Of a stretch of DNA of 40,764 nucleotides, positions 36,679 to 40,764 are shown in pieces (positions within the stretch are counted from its first letter, which is position 1; each line of letters starts with the position of its first letter). The DNA is from Lachnospiraceae bacterium (lineage in GTDB: Bacteria > Bacillota > Clostridia > Lachnospirales > Lachnospiraceae). A program made the position numbers and the translations under genes. The stretch is from positions 1 through 40,764 of the forward strand of contig JAZSIB010000071.1 in NCBI GenBank assembly GCA_045533585.1, given 5' to 3'. Below the pieces are notes generated by a model that was given only the letters and a program-made list of their open reading frames with translations, did no database searches and was not told where the DNA came from.

Positions 36679-37788
36679 CTATCTAAGTTCATTTATCTTT
36701 TCTACCATTAATTCTGCCATCATCTGATGTGCCGACGGACCCGGATGCCAGCGCGCACCGCATTGTTCTTCCGTCATAGAAGGGAAATGAAGATAATTGA
36801 CCTTTTTATCGTTTGTCTGTTCCTGATATACACGGATACCGTTCAAAATACTTTGTTCCATATCACAGCCAAGTACACCATAGCACCAGATAATTATAGC
36901 ATTCGGATTGTTCCTTCTTGCCTGAGCTAGGAACGCCGTAACACCATCTTCAAATCGTTTCACATCCTCCGGATGCTTCTGTCCATCTTCTGTCAGGCGA
37001 AGCTTATGCGACAGCTTACCATCCGGCGATACCCATTCCGGATTGTAGAACGCGCTGTTATCGTTCGTTCCAAGATTAATCATAACAAAATCCGGCTGCC
37101 AGCTTGTAAAATCATAACGCTCCAAAGAACCAAACTTTTTTCCTTCTTCACTCACATTACTTGCACAAGTATAATCATAAATATCAGGAATGACAAGACT
37201 CGGATTGTTATCCCAACCGCTGAGCACACCCCATCCGCTCTGAGACACCACACGAAATTCTGCATTTAACTTCGTTGCAGTCAAATTACCATAATGATAA
37301 ACCGAATCAAAAAAACAAGAGACCCATTCTTCTTCTGTCTTTGCACCGATAAGCCCTTCACCGGAAGTGATACTATCGCCGATAAACTCTAACTTCAGCT
37401 CGCGTTCCACATATGGAGTCACTTCGCCATCCGTATAAATTGCATCGATACTTAAGAAATGTCCGGTATCATCTTTCATCGCCTGCGTATCTTTCGAAAT
37501 ACGAACCCGCTTTACAACTTCAGGGTTTAGGTTACGAAGTACACAGAATTTTTGCTTACCTGCCGGCACCAACATACGGCTGATTCGAACATCGTTCAAC
37601 AAAACACTGATCCAGGATTCATGCCCATAATAGTATGAACTTAATTCAATCCATAATTCAGACCCGCGTAACATAAATTCGATACCGCTTGCAGTAAAGA
37701 ACATAGGAAAACGACCGTCTACGACCTTACCTCGTCCATTCTTTCGAATTTCAGGATTTTCCATTGTAATCTTCTTTAATTCAGACAT
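36679..37788 (-). CDS. SGNH/GDSL hydrolase family protein (CE2-like acetylesterase architecture)
   Basis: Beta-sandwich-like N-terminal half. SGNH block I FIGDSITSGEG, block III INLGTNDNS and a C-terminal His in RWHPGPSAH. Confidence 0.78.
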   Translation of the reverse strand: MSELKKITMENPEIRKNGRGKVVDGRFPMFFTASGIEFMLRGSELWIELSSYYYGHESWISVLLNDVRISRMLVPAGKQKFCVLRNLNPEVVKRVRISKDTQAMKDDTGHFLSIDAIYTDGEVTPYVERELKLEFIGDSITSGEGLIGAKTEEEWVSCFFDSVYHYGNLTATKLNAEFRVVSQSGWGVLSGWDNNPSLVIPDIYDYTCASNVSEEGKKFGSLERYDFTSWQPDFVMINLGTNDNSAFYNPEWVSPDGKLSHKLRLTEDGQKHPEDVKRFEDGVTAFLAQARRNNPNAIIIWCYGVLGCDMEQSILNGIRVYQEQTNDKKVNYLHFPSMTEEQCGARWHPGPSAHQMMAELMVEKINELR

Positions 37789-37870
37789 TTGTATTTATCC
37801 TTCCTGTAGAACAAAGAGTCCGCTTACGGACTCTCGCGTCGAGCGCGGTTGCGTTAATTTCCAATAAAGT

Positions 37871-37909
37871 AAAAAATTGCGATATAACCAATATCAGTTA
37901 TACCGCAAT
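37871..37909 (-). terminator. Rho-independent terminator after the ABC transporter operon
   Basis: 13-bp stem (one A-C mismatch) at 37876-37888 and 37897-37909. The minus strand reads stem then TTTTTTAC. Confidence 0.7.
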
Positions 37910-37930
37910 CTTTCTAACAAATCAATGTTT

Positions 37931-39505
37931 CTAATTGTTCATTTCTGCATATTCCAATACGTTTCTGGATGCAAAAATCATAGCCAGTGCTAATAAGAAA
38001 TTGCAAACTACCATAAACAACAATATGGTAAAGGTCTCGCTAATAATCACAAATACTTCAAATGCAAAAATACAACCGAGCGCAATACCAGGTGCTGCTA
38101 ATAATATCAACAAGAGCATATAGATGGTAATTAACAGCATCTTAGAAGTAAAGGCACCAAATATACGGTCAACAAAGAGATTTGCACAGATAAACATAAA
38201 GGAAAAACTTACACTTACCAAAACGAAGAAAACAATCTCCGGCACAGAAGTTCCGGTAATCAAACCCGCCGGAACATAAAGCAGAATAGCTTCTGCAAAA
38301 TATCCCGGAAATGCTTCCAACATACAGTAAAGCAGCTTCTTAAACGAAGATTCCGGAACCATGTAGATATAAGGCTTCAGCATCTCACGCGGCAGGCGGT
38401 CCATACCGATGGTAAACATCTTCATATATACCATAAATGCAAGTATCGGGAACAGACCAATCTCTTTCAGGAAGAATGCTGCAATAATACCACACGCACA
38501 CAACACAATCGTCAATGTGGGTAGCAATAATACCTTACCGCGACGATTTTCAATCAGATGCTTGTAGTAAAACGTATTTGCACCGAAACCCTTGCCGATA
38601 CCCATCTTACCTTTCTTAACATTACGCGGTGCCGCTTCCTGTACGCGTCCTTCCTTGGCAGCAGTTACAGAAGCATATGCAGCTTCCGTTGTCTGCAATA
38701 CATCTTCATAATAATCCATACGGATTACGAACAATAGCAGTAGAACAACAACTACCGTCACAACGCTTACAATCGTGCCGATTACAATTGCTGTTGTGTC
38801 AGAAATCAATACGCCTTTTACCAGAGTGGTAATCCAGCCGTAAACAGGAAGCCATGCAGCCACTTTGGAACTACCCATATCAGCCAGTATCTGAACACTG
38901 AAATTATCATTCAAAACTGCTGTTATTAGATAATATCCGGCAAAGACAAGTAACGGAAGGTACAATACAAGTTTTAATATCTTTTTCAGCACTTCATTAT
39001 CATTCGTTACACAATAGATTATCATGGAAAGGAGCTGCGCCACAAACAGCACCAAAACATAGCCAATCATGATAAACAGCATATCGAGCGGTGTAACTCC
39101 GAAGGCATCATTCAGCCATGCATACTGGAATATCAGAAATACACCGGCAAACAAAGTCGTTCCAAGCTGTTGGAACAGACCATAAATCAAAAGGGTTCTC
39201 GGATGATACGGTCCGACAAACAAGAGATTCACATCCGGCATACGAAAGATAGTTGCACCACTATGGAATCCGGAATTTACACTCAGGTAAAACATAAGTG
39301 CAAACACAGCAAGTATACCGCCAACTAAATATTCGCGATTCAAGAGTTGAACAGTCTCTTGATGATCTGTCATAGAACCGGCAATCATAATCATTACAAG
39401 GCATGCTGTCATGAATATAGTATAAATCAACTTTGCCGGACTTTTCAGAAGCTGTATCAGATTATTTTTCAGCTTCACTAACAAAAGATAAGTAAGTGCT
39501 CTCAT
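37931..39505 (-). CDS. Polytopic membrane protein, putative ABC exporter permease (ABC_export-like)
   Basis: 524 aa with about 10-12 hydrophobic helices. The N-terminus MRALTYLLLVKLKNNLIQLLKSPAKLIY resembles the putative-ABC-exporter family. Its ATG overlaps the ATPase stop (TAATG). Confidence 0.6.
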   Translation of the reverse strand: MRALTYLLLVKLKNNLIQLLKSPAKLIYTIFMTACLVMIMIAGSMTDHQETVQLLNREYLVGGILAVFALMFYLSVNSGFHSGATIFRMPDVNLLFVGPYHPRTLLIYGLFQQLGTTLFAGVFLIFQYAWLNDAFGVTPLDMLFIMIGYVLVLFVAQLLSMIIYCVTNDNEVLKKILKLVLYLPLLVFAGYYLITAVLNDNFSVQILADMGSSKVAAWLPVYGWITTLVKGVLISDTTAIVIGTIVSVVTVVVVLLLLFVIRMDYYEDVLQTTEAAYASVTAAKEGRVQEAAPRNVKKGKMGIGKGFGANTFYYKHLIENRRGKVLLLPTLTIVLCACGIIAAFFLKEIGLFPILAFMVYMKMFTIGMDRLPREMLKPYIYMVPESSFKKLLYCMLEAFPGYFAEAILLYVPAGLITGTSVPEIVFFVLVSVSFSFMFICANLFVDRIFGAFTSKMLLITIYMLLLILLAAPGIALGCIFAFEVFVIISETFTILLFMVVCNFLLALAMIFASRNVLEYAEMNN

Positions 39506-40281
39506 TATGCTTCCTCCGTATCCTCTGTTGCAGCCTCAGCCGTTTCCTCACGATTCTCCTCTTGTGAAGTATCGTCTTCTGTATTCTCCTTACCACCTTC
39601 TGTGATTTCGAAGAACATCTGCTCTAAACGCTTAGAATCTTCACGATCATCGTTCGTCATAGTAGCAGCAAACTTACCATTCATCATAATGTGTGCAATA
39701 TCCCAATAGTCTTCTACACTGTCAAGCATGTGGGTACTGATCAGAATCGAAGCACCCTCTTCTTTCAGTTCACGAAACATCAGCTTTAACTCTTTGATTG
39801 CATGAGGGTCAAGGCCTACCATCGGCTCGTCAAAAATCATAAATTTCGGCTTATGCACCAGTGCACAGCAGATTGACAGCTTCTGCTGCATACCTTTCGA
39901 AAGCACTTTTCCAAGCTTATCCTTCTTATCCAATAATTCAAAGCGTTCCAGCAGTTTCTCACCATATCCGTCATCCTCAATCTTATAGGCACGACGGATG
40001 AATTCAAGATGCTCATCCACTGTCAACAAATCGTAGATTGCCGGCATCTCCGGAATATAACCCAAAATTTTCTTTGCTTCTTTAGACTTGTTATTATAGC
40101 CATCCAGTGTAATCGCTCCCTGAAAACGAAGCAATCCTGCAATTGACTTAATAATCGTGGACTTTCCTGCGCCGTTCGGTCCGGCAAGAATCGCAATCTG
40201 ACCGTCACCAACTTCAAAAGATATATCGTTGTTTGCAACCGTCTTGCCATAACGCTTTGTAACTCTTTCTACTTTTAACAT
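39505..40281 (-). CDS. ABC transporter ATP-binding protein
   Basis: Walker A GPNGAGKST, signature LSKGMQQKL and Walker B MIFDEP. Start moved to the ATG at 40281 (MLKVERVTKRYGK, GGAGG 5 nt upstream). Has a 35-aa acidic C-terminal tail. Confidence 0.9.
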   Translation of the reverse strand: MLKVERVTKRYGKTVANNDISFEVGDGQIAILAGPNGAGKSTIIKSIAGLLRFQGAITLDGYNNKSKEAKKILGYIPEMPAIYDLLTVDEHLEFIRRAYKIEDDGYGEKLLERFELLDKKDKLGKVLSKGMQQKLSICCALVHKPKFMIFDEPMVGLDPHAIKELKLMFRELKEEGASILISTHMLDSVEDYWDIAHIMMNGKFAATMTNDDREDSKRLEQMFFEITEGGKENTEDDTSQEENREETAEAATEDTEEA

Positions 40282-40371
40282 AATTTCCTCCATCTTTTAT
40301 TGCTTTTATTCGACAAATCCCCCTCGAATCTTTGCCATATGTAAGCTTAAGAAACTTAAAATTACTTAACT

Positions 40372-40400
40372 ATCATACTACAACATTATCGATTTGTCAC
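40372..40400 (-). promoter_or_regulatory. Candidate promoter of the ABC operon
   Basis: Minus strand reads GTGACA (40400-40395), 17-nt spacer, TATGAT (40377-40372). This leaves a leader of about 85 nt. Confidence 0.45.
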
Positions 40401-40449
40401 ATTAATGTTTTAAAATGATAAATTATTGTCATGAATTCCGAAAATCAAA

Positions 40450-40491
40450 CCAAAATAAAAGTAGTACAGAAATTCACATTCCTGTACTACT
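40450..40491 (-). terminator. Rho-independent terminator after alaS
   Basis: 10-bp stem AGTAGTACAG / CTGTACTACT (40460-40491). The minus strand reads stem then TTTTATTTTGG. Confidence 0.8.
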
Positions 40492-40513
40492 GATATTAGA
40501 TATTTAACGATAC

Positions 40514-40764
40514 TTATTTAATCTGTCCTGCAAGACTTTCAGAAGCCTTAGCGAGTACGGCATCAATACCATCCGGATTCTTACCGCCGGCCTGTGCCAT
40601 GTTCGGACGACCACCGCCGCCACCACCGACAAGAACAGCAAGTTCTTTTACAAGGTTACCTGCATGTGCACCCTTGCCCATTGCTTCGTTGCTTGCCATA
40701 ACTACAAGGCTGACCTTACCGTCTTTCGCAGATACCAGAACAACTACACCTTCACCCAGCTTAG
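40514..40764 (-). CDS. alaS: Alanine--tRNA ligase, C-terminal fragment (gene continues beyond the window)
   Basis: The frame is open to the window edge ([66 protein letters not shown]). The [15 protein letters not shown] motif is characteristic of the AlaRS C-terminal DHHA1 domain. Confidence 0.82.
   Translation of the reverse strand, partial: KLGEGVVVLVSAKDGKVSLVVMASNEAMGKGAHAGNLVKELAVLVGGGGGGRPNMAQAGGKNPDGIDAVLAKASESLAGQIK

Noticed and set aside
1-40764. Search for CRISPR arrays, tRNA/rRNA genes, IS/transposase or integrase genes, prophage or known defence modules
   Set aside because: I saw no regularly spaced direct repeats, no cloverleaf-like or rRNA-like segments, and no ORF with DDE, tyrosine/serine recombinase, restriction, Cas, abortive-infection or toxin motifs. 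Every ORF over 100 aa outside known genes is an antisense or alternative-frame shadow.

Overview
This window looks like chromosomal backbone from a low-GC Firmicute, probably Clostridia or Lachnospiraceae-like. The presence of spoIVA suggests an endospore-former. I call 42 CDS, 40 of them on the minus strand, in conserved housekeeping order. Read along the minus strand from right to left: alaS (3' end only), an ABC ATPase plus ABC-exporter permease, a CE2-like SGNH esterase, rpsU, lepB-rbgA-rnhB-ylqH-yraN, pgeF, der-plsY-gpsA, spoIVA, a membrane-anchored MutS paralogue, mutS-mutL-miaA plus a PLP enzyme, DUF4321, radC-mreB-mreC-mreD-mrdA-minC-minD-minE-rodA-mgsA, an orphan 139-aa P-loop protein, DUF378 (+), then an HlyD-like gene with yggS-sepF-divIVA-lspA-rluD and a Cof-type HAD, NUDIX (+), DUF1015, and a 381-nt non-coding block at the left edge. 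I saw no rRNA, tRNA, CRISPR array, transposase, integrase, phage or recognisable defence genes. Several ORF-track starts were trimmed where the extension runs over a terminator, a promoter or a neighbouring gene. I do not find a convincing new multi-gene system; this is mostly an ordinary core region. The leads worth a second look are: (1) the hairpin-dense, AAGGG-repeat non-coding block at 1-381; (2) a sharp GC-composition step at about 3150 that sets DUF1015, NUDIX and HAD apart; (3) the transmembrane MutS paralogue directly upstream of mutSL, where both units are headed by exact-consensus sigma-A promoters; (4) the monocistronic minimal P-loop protein; (5) a roughly 240-aa insertion in PBP2. 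All family assignments come from motif recognition by eye, not from database searches.
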